Shown here one piece after another: positions 49,900-61,857 of a stretch of DNA of 64,000 nt (position 1 is its first letter; every line of letters begins with the position of its first letter). Made by a program: the position numbers and the translations under genes. The notes beneath the pieces are model-generated. The model saw only the letters and a program-made list of their open reading frames with translations, searched no databases and was not told the origin of the DNA. This DNA is from Squalus acanthias (Eukaryota), in NCBI GenBank assembly GCA_030390025.1, contig CM059432.1, positions 81,470,001 to 81,534,000 on the forward strand. Direction: 5' to 3'.

Positions 49900-51782
49900 A
49901 AGATGACGTTCTGGGAAGACATGGGACAGGCTAACTTTTTGTCATGGGCTCCTTGGCAGCCTGGTCCTGCAGACTTAAGTCCTGGAATCTCTGTGAAATT
50001 ATCTTGTAAAGACTGACCTGCAAAGCATCTGTTGAAGCAGCCATACTTGCCACTGTTGTCCTTAGAGCCTCCTCCTGACAACTTGTTGCAACAGATATAT
50101 CCTGGACTGCTACATTCTCCAGAGTGTTCTGCATGGCCTGGCTCACTTCCTGCATGGAAGGAAGTGGACTCCTGCAACCTATCCAGCAGCTCCACCACAT
50201 GCATGAGGACCATCTCTACTGCCTGCACATAAGATTGATTCTCCTGTATCAGTTTTTTTCTCTTGAAAAGTGAACCCGAGTCCCTAAACTCCTCAGTAAA
50301 GGGCAGTCATTTCTCCACCCTGTGGCAAGGCTCCGACTCTTCCCCTTCACAGCTCCTCCTGCTCACTTGTGCTCAGAGCGTCACCTAGTCTGACTCACTA
50401 TTTAAATACTCCTAAGTAGGTGTATCTGGGCTGCTACTTAACTAAGTAAGCTGCCAGAACAGAGTGAATGACGCTGGTGCAGGAGTGCTCGAACTGGAAG
50501 TGCCAAACTGTTCTTGAGACTCCTCATCTTCTGGCTGAACATCACCTCGGAGGGTTACAAAGGGAATAGATTGAGGAGAATGGACTCTCACACCTGACTT
50601 TGAAGAACTAACTGAGAAATGATAGAGCTTACAATTAAGGTGAATGCCTGGAGACTGGAACAACGCATTGCACTCCATTCTGTTACCAACCTGTTCTTGG
50701 CGGCTTACTTCCAACTTCTCCATGTACCTGGTATATCACCTGAGGAATCCGCCTCATGGTAGGATGGCAGCTGTGGCTGTTCTTTGCTGCTGATAGTGAA
50801 GAAAATCAACTGAACATTTAATTTCGCCTAGACATCTGCAACCCTTCCCACAGTGAGATTGATTCAGATACAAGCTGTGCATCACTCTTTCCTTTTATCA
50901 GTTTAACACTACCACCACTGGTCTCAGACACTGGGACAATTAGTGTGGAATGGGGTGTGGGTCGTGAGCAATATACCCTCTAATTTTTTTTCCCTGTGCA
51001 GGCCCTTTAAATTTCCTACAGCGGCCGCGCATGCGGGGTATCACTTCCAGCAATAGCAGCTGGTGAGCAGCCTGCGCGGGACCTCACGAGTGATGCACGG
51101 CCGCGCACCTTAGGGAGAACACCGGTCGTGAGGTGCCTTGGGAATATTAACTGACACATTCACTTTGTCGTTTACACTGCAAGGGCATGGTAGGTATAGG
51201 TGTGAGTCATGATTCCAACATTCTTTAAGGTTGTGCATGGGTATTCGTGCCTTTACTTACCTTCAACAACCTCAAGAGATCATGAAAATGTTTCCGGCAC
51301 TGTGTTGTCATACGTTGTTGTCAAGGTACCACTGACTGCCTGATCCACCTCCCTCCATAATGCCTGCACCATCCTGTTCTGGGGTCTCCTTTCTAGAGTG
51401 TCAAAGAACCAGTCTTTCCTTGATCTTACCTCAGTCAACAAAATATCCATGAAAGTGTCTGAGAACTTGGGGGTCTTGTCACAGCAGGAGCCCTCGATGC
51501 TGCTCCTCCTTCTGTCAATTCAAGCATCTGTTGGCTCTCTCTTAGTATTCCTCAATTTCAAGTTCTTTGGCTCTTTAAGCAGCTACAGCCTTTTCACCAC
51601 TGCAGCAACACTGCATTTCCCTCCCTCTCAGAGTCAGTGAGCCAAACAGGAGCAGGAATACTGCTGAAATGCCACCCTGCATATCAAATGAGGCCTCATC
51701 TAGGAAAATGCAATGGGTTCCTGCCCAGTGTCACATGGGCGACGGAAGTCCTGCCCTGCCCTCTTTCTGGGAAATTGAGCCC
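49900..51782 (-). mobile_element. Degenerate Harbinger derivative with Myb exon (left boundary uncertain, possibly near 49105)
   Basis: Minus strand 51262-51480 reads PKFSDTFMDILLTEV...WREV...TQCRKHFHDL followed by a gtaagt donor; end gaaattgagccc. Confidence 0.6.
50969..51124. mobile_element. 156-bp hAT-type MITE
   Basis: 8-bp TSD gtcgtgag; imperfect TIRs caatataccctctaa / ttagggagaacaccg. Confidence 0.8.
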
Positions 51783-51893
51783 TGGCTCAGTAGTCAATCT
51801 TTACCTACTGTTCTGCTACTCTACTGATGCAGTTTTCTGAAATGTTTGCAGAAATATTAACATCAACTTGCGCTTACATAACATCTTTAATTT

Positions 51894-52118
51894 AAAATGA
51901 GAAGTCGCACAACACCAGGTTATAGTCCAACAGTTTTATTTAAAATTACGAGCTTTCGGAGCTGCTGCCCCTTCGTCAGGTAGAGGTACCTTTACCTGAC
52001 GAAGGGGCAGCAGCTCCGAAAGCTCGTAATTTTAAATAAAACTGTTGGACTATAACCTGGTGTTGTGCGACTTCTCATTTTTGTCCACCCCAGTCCAACA
52101 CCGGCATCTCGCATCATG
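51894..52118. mobile_element. Penelope-like mini-element: 188-bp palindrome of pLTR plus 37-bp tail
   Basis: Arms 51894-51987 / 51988-52081 with one mismatch; tail 52082-52118; 12-bp TSD atctttaattta. Confidence 0.9.
51992..52029 (+). ncRNA. Minimal hammerhead ribozyme motif (mirror copy on minus strand near 51946-51983)
   Basis: UUAC-CUGACGA-A-GGGGC-AGCA-GCUCC-GAAA-GCU-C-GUAA. Confidence 0.75.
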
Positions 52119-52512
52119 ATCTTTAATTTAGAAGAACGCCACAAAATACTTTACGTGACTGGAGAGGTGGGATACAGCAGGAGTTAGAAGAGTCAATGAG
52201 GTAATGAAGACATGCGAAGAGATAGCTTCCAAGGAAGATATTGGAAGTGGGGAAGAGTGAGCTAGCTAAAAGCTTTGTCACCAGAGGTGGTGTGTAGCGA
52301 TCAGGCATCATTATATTTGGCTATAAATAAGACAATAGCTGATGCCTTTAAACTATTTAAAGATTTTTTTGTGGTTATTATCATTTTGTTTGACATAATA
52401 CTATATAACAGTCATGCATTAGATTGATAACAATTTAATAATAATTGGATTTATTACAGTTTGCGACATATTTTACCAAGTTGACTGACACCAGCTAAGT
52501 CATCTTCTCTCT

Positions 52513-53600
52513 GAAATAAAAACAGAAAATGCTGGAAATACTGTGGAGATGTAACAGTCAGGCAACATCTGTGGAGAGAGAAACAGAGTTAACGTTTCAG
52601 GTCGATGACCTTTCGTCAGAACTGGAAGAAGTTGGCGATGTAACAGTTTTTAAGGAAGTACAGAGGCAGGGAAAGAAGAGTGGGGGGAGGAAAGAACAAA
52701 AGGGGAAGTCTGTGATTGGGTGGAAAGCAGAAGTGATGAAATGACAAAAAGGATGGTGCAAGGTAAAAGGGGGTGGTAATGGGACAAGTAAAGAAACAAA
52801 AGATGGGTCTAGAGGAGGTGTAAATGGCAACAGCAGAACCATTAACAGCACCTGCTGTCCGAAAAAATAGGAGCAGTGGCTATGATCTGAAATCAGTGTT
52901 GAGTCCGGAAGGTTGTAAAGTGTCTAATTGAAAGATGAAGTGCTGTTCCTCGAGCTTCTGTTGCGCTTCATTGGAACAGTGTAAGAGGCCAAGGACAGTG
53001 AGGTCAGAGTGGGTGTGGGACGGAAAATCAAAATGGCAAATGACTGGAAGCTCGGGCTCACGCTTGTGGACTGAAGGGAGGTGTCCAGTAAAGCGGTCAC
53101 CCAATCTGCATTTGGTCTCTCCAATGTAGAGGAGACCGCATCGTGAGCAGCAAATGCAATATATTAAATTGAAAGAAGTACAAGTGAATCGCTTTTTCAT
53201 CTGAAGGAGTGTTTTCGGGCCCTGGACGGTGGGAACGGAGGAGGTGAAAGGGCAGGTGTTGCATTTCCTGCACTTGCACGGGAAAGTGCCGTGGAAAGGG
53301 GAGAAGGTGTCAGGGTGAATTGAAGAGTGGATCAGCGTGTTGCGGGGGGAATGGTCTTTTCGGAATGCTGAAAGGGGAGGCATTTGAGGGAAGGGGAAGA
53401 AGTGTTTGGTGGTGACATCGTGCTGGAGGTGGCGGAGGATGATCCACTGAATGTGGAGGCTAGTGGCATGGAAGGTGAGGACAAGGGGGACCCTATTGTG
53501 GTTCTGAGAGGGAGGGGAAGGTGTGAGGGCAGTGGTGTGGGAAATGGGATGGACATGGTCGAGGGCCATGTCAACCACAGTGGAGGGGAATCCATTGTGC
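52513..53600 (-). mobile_element. Penelope-like (Neptune-type) element 3' part with GIY-YIG endonuclease and pLTR
   Basis: ORF 52880-53623: Cys-rich linker CKCRKCNTC, NLIYCICCSRCGLLYIGET, RF..H, EQHFI..L.TL.P.GLN. Confidence 0.9.
52587..52623 (-). ncRNA. Minimal hammerhead ribozyme motif in Neptune pLTR
   Basis: AGUU-CUGACGA-A-AGGUC-AUC-GACCU-GAAA-CGU-U-AACU; palindromic ACGU stem III. Confidence 0.75.
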
Positions 53601-53824
53601 ACTTCTGCAGAACTTCTCTGCACAAGTTACTAAAGAGGGGGCCTAGGTTATAAAGGAATGCTAATGCATATGGGAACTTGGGACCTCAGGCCATTACTTC
53701 TAGCTGCCTTTTTTATTCTTGACCCCTCTCGGGCCCTTCACTCCTGTCTTCTCCGCATCCTGCCAGCCAGTCATGCCACGTTTTATTTCTCCCAAATTAT
53801 GAGGACAGGTTGCACAAACGTCAG

Positions 53825-54163
53825 CATGTATTCCCTTGAGTTTAGTAGGTTGAAGGATAATGTAATCAGGGTATTGTAAATTATTAAGGGATTCGGTAGG
53901 GTAGATGCAGAGAAACTGTTTCCTCTGGTGGAGGAATCCAGAATAAGAGAACATAATCTTAAAATTAGAGTTAAGTCATTTAGGAGTGAAATCAGGAAAC
54001 ACATTTTTACACAAAGGTATTGGAAATCTGTAACTCGCTCTCCCAAAAGGCTGTGGGTGCTGGGTCAATTGAAATTTTCAAGAATGAGAATGAAAGACTT
54101 TTGTTAGCTAAGGGTATCAAAGGTTATGGAGCAATGGTGGGTAAATGGAGCTGAGGTACAGAT
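53825..54163 (+). mobile_element. Degenerate CR1 3' fragment
   Basis: YSLEF.RL, DRVDAEKLFPL-like and RKHIFTQR motifs. Confidence 0.75.
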
Positions 54164-56594
54164 GGCGACATCTTGCCCCTTTCCGAAAACTTTTTGCCTG
54201 GCTATACTTTCCAGCACCTGCACCGCCCAAACCACCGTGGAAGTGGTATGGGTCTTATCACCAAATTACACCTTGGTCTCTACCCTTACTCCTCTGGTGG
54301 CTTCTCCTCATTTGAGCACCTTGCCATGTTCCACTATTCTTGATTCTCCTTTAAAATCTTCATTCTCTACCACCGACCCATCCACCCCCCACCAACCCCA
54401 GCCCGAGTTTTTTCCTGAGGTATCCTCCCTCAGCCTTTGCACTGAGCGAGTCCTCATCTTCAGTGATTTCATTCTATATCTCAACTTACCTCTCCCTCTC
54501 TTTGATTTCATGGGCCTCCTGTCCCACCTAAAACTCTCCCTTCCATATAAACTTTCCTACCCATATTCAGACCATCCCCTTGATCTCACCACCTCACGTG
54601 GCCTCTCCGCTCCCATGATTTCAATCATAGACAGAGCCATCTCTATTCCCTGTATCCCTCATCACCCACATCCCACTACCCGCTTCCAACCCTAATTTCT
54701 TCAAGCTGCTAACTGCATAGCCTCTGCCCCTCCATTCACCAAGATACTTCTGTTCAACCATTCATCCACCGTTGATACCCTTGTCCCCAGTAAAACCGTT
54801 ATTCCTGGTTGTGCCCCCTGGTATGACCCCCATATTCACTCCCTCAAGTCCAAGGGATACAGACTTGAGCATATGTGGTGCATATCTGGTTTAGTCATCC
54901 ATCACCAGATTTGCCTGGACCACATCAATCGGTATTGGGTCTCATCTGCCAAAACCTCTCAGAACTCCAAGATCATCCTGGAGAGCAACGATAACCCCTG
55001 ACTTCTTTTCTCCACATCAACCATCTCCTTAACCCTCACCTCCTGCCTTTCTACCTTCACTTCCAACAACAAATATGAGGAGCTCATGGAATTATTTGTC
55101 ACTTAGATTGAGACCATCTGTTCAGCTGCCTCTGATGCTTCACATCTTCCCGTTGCCCACTAAGCCAAACCTTCTCCACAGGTTCTCCCTGCTCTAGCTC
55201 TGATCCTGCATTCTTCTCTAGCTTTTCTTCTCTCTCTCCTCATGCCTGCTCTGAATTCATGTTGTCCGTGAGACCCACCTTCTACTCCCTTGATCTCATT
55301 CCCACTAAAGTGCTGACCACTCAACCTCACTTCCTGGCTCATGCTAGCTGACATTGTTAATGATTCCTTCCCCTCAGGTACTGTTACCCCTCCCTTTCAT
55401 AACCACCATCATCACCCCTCCCCTGATCAAAAAACCCACTCTCGACATCTCTGTTCTTGCAAACTACCACACCATTTCCAATCTCCCTTTCATCTCCAAA
55501 GTCCTTTAATGTGTAATCACCTCTCCAATCTGAGCCTATCATTCCTGCAACTCCATGTTTCAATTTCTCCACTCAGGCTTCTGCTCTTGCCACAGCACTG
55601 AAATGGCCCTAATTAAAGACACAAATGAGATCTCTGTGACGTGACCGTCATGCACTATCTTTCACCATTCTCTTTGACCTCAATGCAACCTTTGACTTGG
55701 TCGACCACACCATCTTCCTCCAAGGCCTCTCTTCAGTTGTCTGGTTCAGTGAGACTGCCCTTGCTTGGCTCCACTCTTGCCTATCCAATCATATTCAGCA
55801 ATGCCTTCTCTTCCCAGTCCCCACACTGTTACCTCTGGAGCCCTCCAAGGATCTCTCCTTGGTTTCCTCCTCTTCCTCATCTGCATGCTGCCCCTTGGTG
55901 ACATCATCCAAAGACATGGGGTCAGCTTCACGTAAATACTATCTCTCCACTACCTGTTTTGACCCCTTAACTGCCTCTGTGCTGTCAGAATGCTTGTCCG
56001 ACATCCAGTCTTGTATGAGCCGTAATCTCTTCCGGTTAAACATTGGGAAGACTGAAGCCATTGCCTTCGGCCCCCGCCAAAAACTCCGAACCTAACCACC
56101 AATTCTATTCCATTCCCTGGGCATGGTCTCAGGATGAACCACAATTTGTCTAACCTTGGCACCCTATTCGACCTGAGCTGAGCTTCCGAACCCATATCCT
56201 TTGTATCACAAAGATCACCTACTTCCACTTCTGTTACACCTATTTCCACTACCTCAGTGCATCTGCTGCTGCAACCCTTATCCATGCTTTTGTCACCTCC
56301 AGACTAGACTACTCAAATCTTTTCCTGACCAGGCACCCATCCTCCATAAACTTCAGCTCATTCAAAACTCTGCTGCCTGTATCCTATCCCGCAACAAGTT
56401 CTGCTCAAACATTGGCTCCCAGTTCCCCAATGCGTCCAATTTAAAAATTCTCATCCTTGTCTTTAAATCACTTCATAGCCTCACCCCAGTATCGAGGCTT
56501 TGACCACACCCACAACGCCCCCCGCCCCCCGCTTCACCCCCAACCCCCGCAGAACGCAGTATTTCTCTGACTCTGGTCTCTTGTCCATCCACTG
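54164..56594 (+). mobile_element. L2 LINE body (EN-RT, heavily decayed); 3' end resumes at 61606
   Basis: Pyrimidine-rich; LDL, PWY, VDHTIFL, NIGKTEAI and LQLIQNSAACIL motifs. Confidence 0.85.
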
Positions 56595-56961
56595 TACCGT
56601 CAGCCATGGCTCAGTTGGTAGCACTCTCACCTCTGAGTCAGATGGTTTGTGGGTTCAAGTCCCACTCCAGAGAATTGAGCACAAAAATCTAGGCTAACCC
56701 TCCCGTGCAGTACTGAGGAAATGCTGCACTGTCGGAGGTGCCGACTTTCAGATGAGACATTAAAACCGAGGCCCTGTCTGCTCTCTCAGGTGGACGTAAA
56801 AGATCCCATGGCACTATTTCGAAGAAGAGCAGGGGAGTTATCCCTGGTGTCCTGGCCAATATTTATCCCTCAATCAACATAACAAAAACAGATTATCTGG
56901 TCAGTATCACATTGCTGTTGGTGGGAGCTTGCTGTGTGCAACTAGCTGCCGCGTTTCCTAC
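56595..56961 (+). mobile_element. Deu-domain SINE, 5' part (continues at 61511-61605)
   Basis: A box tggctcagttgg, B box gggttcaagtcc, Deu-like core gtcggaggtgcc...agatgagacattaaaaccgagg...aaagatcccatggcact; TSD cactg (56590-94 / 61606-10). Confidence 0.85.
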
Positions 56962-59900
56962 TTCTTAGGCAGTCCCTTGGAACCGAGGATGCCTTGCTTC
57001 CATACTAAAAATTAGTTCTCAGGTGACTGATGAGTCCAATGCGGGACCTACAGTCTCTGTCACAGGTGGGGCAGACGGTGGTTGAAGGGGCGGGTGGGTG
57101 GGGTGCTTGGGTTGACGTGCGCTCCTTTCGTTGTTTGCGCTTGGCTTCCGCTTGCTCCCAGCGAAGAGACTCAAGGTGTTCGGCGCCTTCCCAGATGCTT
57201 CTCCTCTACTTTGTGCGGTCTTGGGCCAGGGATTCCCAGGTGTCGGTGGGGATGTTGCACATTTTCGAGGAGGCTTTGAGGGTGTCCTTGAAACGTTTCC
57301 TCTGCCCACCTGGGGCTCTCTTGCCGTGTCGGAGCTCCGAGTAGAGCGCTTGTTTTGGGAGTCTCGTATCGGGCATGCGGACGATGTGGCCCGTCCATCG
57401 GAGCTGATCGAGCGTGGTCAAAGCCTCGATGTTGGGGATGTTGGCCTGAGCGAGAACACTGACGTTGGTGCGCCTATCCTGCCAATGGATTTGCAGGATC
57501 TTGCGGCGGCAGCGTTGGTGGTACCTCTCCAGTGCTTTGAGGTGCCTGCTGTACATGGTCTCTGAAGCATACAGGAGGGCGGGTATCACTACTGCTCTGT
57601 AGACCATGGGCTTGGTGCTGGGTTTGAGGTCCTGGTCATCAAACACTCTCTTCCTCAGGTGACCGAAAGCTGCACTGGCACACTGAAGGCAGTGTTGGAC
57701 TTCGTCATCGATGTCTGCCCTTGTTGACAGTAGGCTCCCGAGGTATGGAAAGTGGTCCACGTTGTCCAAGGCCTTGTCATGGATTTTGATAATCGGGGAG
57801 CAGTACTGTGTGGCGGGGGCAGGTTGGTAGAGGACCTTTGTCTTACGGATGTTTAGTCTAAGGCCCATGGTCTCGTACACTTCGGTGAAGGTGTTGACGA
57901 TGGTTTGGAGTTCGGCCTCAGAGTGGGCGCAGACGCAAGCGTCGTCTGCATACTGTAATTCGATGACAGAGGATGGGACGACCTTGGATCTGGACTGGAG
58001 GCGACGGACGTTGAACAGTTTCCCATTTGTAGATTAGCTCCACTCCTGCGGGGAGCTTACTGAGGGTGAGATGGAGCATTGCAGCCAGGAAGATCGAGAA
58101 GAGCGTTGGTGCGATGACACAGCCTTGCTTGACCCCAGTCCGTACGTGAATTGGGTCTGTGATGGATCCGTTGGTCAGGATCATGGCTTGCATGTCGTCG
58201 TGAAGCAGGCGGAGGATGGTGACAAACTTTTGAGGGCAGCCGAATTTGAGGAAGACACTCCATAATCCCTCATGTTTGACGGTGTCGAAGGCCTTTGTGA
58301 GGTCAAAGAAGGCCATGTACAGTGGTTGGTGCTGTTCCCTGCATTTCTCTTGTAGTTGACGCGCGGTGAAGATAATGTCCATTGTGCCCCTTAGTGGGCG
58401 GAATCCGCATTGCGACTCTAGGAGGAGCTCTTCAGCCACTAGGAGAAGGCGATTGAGGAGGATTCTTGCGATGACTTTCCCTGTGGCAGACAGCAGGGAG
58501 ACTCCTATGTAATTACCACAATCGGACTTGTAACCTTTCTTGAAGATGGTCACGATTACGGCATCTCTGAGATCCCCGGGCATGCTCTCCTCCTTCCAAA
58601 TAAAAGAAATGAGTTCATGTATTCGCGTCAATAATGCTTCTCCGCCATGTTTTAGCGCCTTGGTGGGGATTCCATCTGCTCCTGAGGCCTTCTTGTTCTT
58701 CAGTTGTCAGATGGCCTTTTCAACCTCATGCCGGGCTGGGGTTGTGCTGAGATGGTGGTGGGTAGCATGCTGCGGGATGGAGTTGAGGACACTCACATCG
58801 AAGACAGAGTGTCGGTTAAGGAGATCTTTGAAGTGCTCCTTTCAGCGGGCACTGACTGCCTCTCTGTCCTTGATGAGTACCTCTCCGTTCTTGGCCCGCA
58901 GTGTGGTAAGACCTTGGGTGCTTGGGCCGTAGGTGGTCTTGACTGCGCTAAAGAATCCACGCATGTCGTGGTTGTCGGCTAGCTGCTGGATCTCCTGCGC
59001 TTTCTCCACCCACCATCTGTTCTTTAGGTCGCGCGTTTTTAGTTGGACCTCGGCCTTCAGGCGTCTGTAGAGCTGCTTTCTTGCTCTCCAGTTCTGTTGC
59101 TGTTTCCAGATCAGGAATGCCTTGCGCTTGCGGCTTATTAGATCCTGGATCTCCTGGTCGTTCTCGTCAAACCAGTCTTGGTGTTTCCTGGTTGAGTGAC
59201 CGAGCGTCTCTTCACAAGTGCTGATTATAGAGGCCTTGAGTGCAGACCAGGCGCTGTGGACACTCTGTGTCTCTGAATCCGTGGGTGGTCAGGTTGGTTG
59301 TGAGGCGCAAGCTGAATAGGGCTTTCTTAGCAGGATCTTTGAGTGCTCCAGCGTTGATTTTCCTACGGCATTGCCTCTGTTGCCGCCGCTGTTTTGGGGC
59401 TACGTTGATGGAGATGACAGAACGGATTAGGCGGTGGTCTGTCCAACAGTCGTCAGCTCCTGTCATGGCGTGGGTGATGCGGACGTCCTTGCGGTCCCTC
59501 GCTCGGACGATGACGTAGTCCAGCAGGTGCCAGTGCTTGGAGCGAGGGTGCTGCCATGAAGCCTTGTACTTATCTCTCTGACGGAACAAGGTGTTGGTTA
59601 TGACAAGACCATGTTCTAAGCATTTCGTCAGGAGGAGGGTACCATTGGAATTGGCTTTCCCTACCCCCTCTCTGCAGATCACACCTCCCCAGACGTCTGT
59701 GTCCTTTCCAACTCTGGCGTTGAAGTCGCCAAGGAGCATCAGCTTGTCGCCTGTTGGGACTCGGGACAGGGATTGTTCGAGGCTGGAGTAGAATTCTTCT
59801 TTGGTCTCGTCTGTGGCTTCCACTGTGCACTGATGACCGTAGCGCACTGGTTCCGGGCTAGGGTGAGCCGTAGAGTCATGAGGCATTTGTTTATTCCACA

Positions 59901-61500
59901 AGGGGAGTCTCCGAGACGTTCAACTAGCTCATTTTTTATGGCGAAGCCTACCCCATGGAGGTGGCGTTCTTCTTCAGGTTTGCCTTTCCAGAAGAAGGTG
60001 TAACCACCGCCTTGCTCCTTGAGCTGGCCTTCCCCTGCCCGCTGGGTCTCGCTTAGGGCGGCGATGTCTATGTCGAAACGTCTGAGCTTCTGGGCAACGA
60101 TAGCAGTACGACGTTCCGGTCTGTCGCTGTTGGGGTTGTCCATGAGGGTCCTGACGCTCCAGGTCCCGAACTTCATTTTAAAGGGTGGAAGATGCCTGTG
60201 CGTGAATTCTTTTAACGTAGGGTGGCCGTTGCACACCAGGTACCACACGGGCTTGACAGAGCGAGGTCTTGGTCCAATGGCAAGGGGATCCAAGACGATT
60301 GGAGACCAGGCTCTGCTACATCGGCCTAGCACACACACACAAACATACTCCTACTGTCCTCCTCCCTCCTTCCCGCAGGTCCTCTCTGCCTGGGTTTCAT
60401 AGGCTGCAGTGTGGTCCTCCCGACCCCGCTGCTGGTCCATGCTGCGCCACTCCTGGGCCTCGACTTCGCTGCTGGGCTCGTCCTCGCTCCTGGGCCTCGT
60501 CCTCGCCCCTGGGCCTTGACCTCGCTCCTGGGTCCCGTCCTCGCTCCTGGGTCCCGACCTCGCTCCTGGGCCTCGACCTCGCTCCTGGGCCTCGACCTCG
60601 CTCCTGGGCCCCGTCCTCGCCCCTGGGCCCCGTCCTCGCCCCTGCCCCTCGTCCTCGCTCCTGGGCCTCGACCTCGCTCCTGGGCCTCGACCTCGCTTCT
60701 GGGCCCCGTCCTCGCCCCTGGGCCCCGTCCTTGCTCCTGGGTCCCGACCTCGCTCCTGGGCCTCGACCTCGCTCCTGGGCCTCGACCTCGCTCCTGGGCC
60801 CCGTCCTCGCCCCTGGGCCCCGTCCTCGCCCCTGCGCCTCGTCCTCGCTCCTGGGCCTCGACCTCGCTCCTGGGCCTCGACCTCGCTCCTGGGTCCCGAC
60901 CTCGCTCCTGGGCCTCGTCCTCGCTCCAGGGCCTCGACCTCACTCCTGGGCCTCGACCTCGCTCCTGGGTCCCGTCCTCGCTCCTGGGTCCCGACCTCGC
61001 TCCTGGGCCTCGTCCTCGCTCCAGGGCCCCGACCTCGCTCCAGGGCCCCGTCCTCGCCCCTGCGCCTCGTCCTCGCTCCTGGGCCTCGACCTCGCTCCTG
61101 GGTCCCGTCCTCGCTCCTGGGTCCCGTCCTCGCTCCTGGGTCCCGACCTCGCTCCTGGGCCTCGACCTCGCTCCTGGGTCCCGTCCTCGCTCCTGGGTCC
61201 CGACCTCGCTCCTGGGCCTCGTCCTCGCTCCTGGGCCTCGTCCTCGCTCCAGGGCCCCGACCTCGCTCCAGGGCCCCGTCCTCGCCCCTGCGCCTCGTCC
61301 TCGCTCCTGGGCCTCGACCTCGCTCCTGGGTCCCGTCCTCGCTCCTGGGTCCCGACCTCGCTCCTGGGCCTCGACCTCGCTCCTGGGCCCCGTCCTCGCC
61401 CCTGGGCCTCGTCCTCGCTCCTGGGCCTCGCCCTCGCTCCTGGGCCCCGACCTCGCTCCTGGGCCTCAACCTCGCTCCTGGGTCCCGACATTACATGTAA
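56962..61500 (-). mobile_element. Essentially full-length RTE-clade (BovB-like) LINE, frameshifted, with 5' tandem array
   Basis: EN motifs MKFGTWSVRTL, AALSET, LGDFNARVG, TDH; RT motifs QCGFR, FFDLTKAFDTV, GVKQGCV, YADD; C-terminus HIVRMPDTRLPK. Candidate TSD cgtttcctac / cgttttctac. Confidence 0.9.
60450..61489. repeat. GC-rich minisatellite, 19-bp unit (cctcgacctcgctcctggg), ~54 copies
   Basis: Direct reading; 19-aa periodicity in the translated frames; a 228-bp (12-unit) higher-order duplication at 61021 vs 61249. Confidence 0.95.
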
Positions 61501-61510
61501 CGTTTTCTAC

Positions 61511-61605
61511 ATTACAACAGTGACTACACTTCAAAGGTACGTCATTGGCTGTAAAGCACTTGGGAATGTCCTGAGGTTCTGAAAGTGCAAGCCTTTCTTT
61601 CTTTT
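61511..61605 (+). mobile_element. DeuSINE 3' part
   Basis: attacaacagtgactacacttcaaa...tgtaaagcactttggg...(cttt)n, colinear with 28970-29069. Confidence 0.8.
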
Positions 61606-61857
61606 CACTGCTTCCTTCACCCACTATTGGGGCCTGTGCCTTGAGCTGTCTGTACCCTGCACTCTGAAATTCCCTCCCTGAACCCCTCTGCCTTTCCACC
61701 TCCCTTTCCTCCTTTAAGACTCTCCTTAAAACCCATCTCTTTTACCAAGCTTTTAGTCTCCCCTCCTTTTTCGGCTCAGCATCTATTTTTGTCTGTAAAG
61801 TGCCTTAGGACATTTTTCTATGTTAAAGTCGCGATATAAAAGCAATGATGTTGTTGC
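61606..61857 (+). mobile_element. L2 3' end
   Basis: ctctgaaattccctccct...ctccttaaaacc...tgtaaagtgccttagg...atataaa...(gtt)n. Confidence 0.85.

Noticed and set aside
56600..56670. tRNA genes (also near 28640 and 44545)
   Set aside because: The A/B boxes belong to SINE or LINE heads; no complete cloverleaf or terminator is seen.
60450..61489. CRISPR-like array
   Set aside because: Head-to-tail repeats with no unique spacers, no cas genes, and a eukaryotic context.
60269..61582. Long ORFs of 183-437 aa (Pro/Arg/Gly-rich) on both strands
   Set aside because: They are products of a nearly stop-free 19-bp minisatellite; several frames are open and no domain is recognisable.
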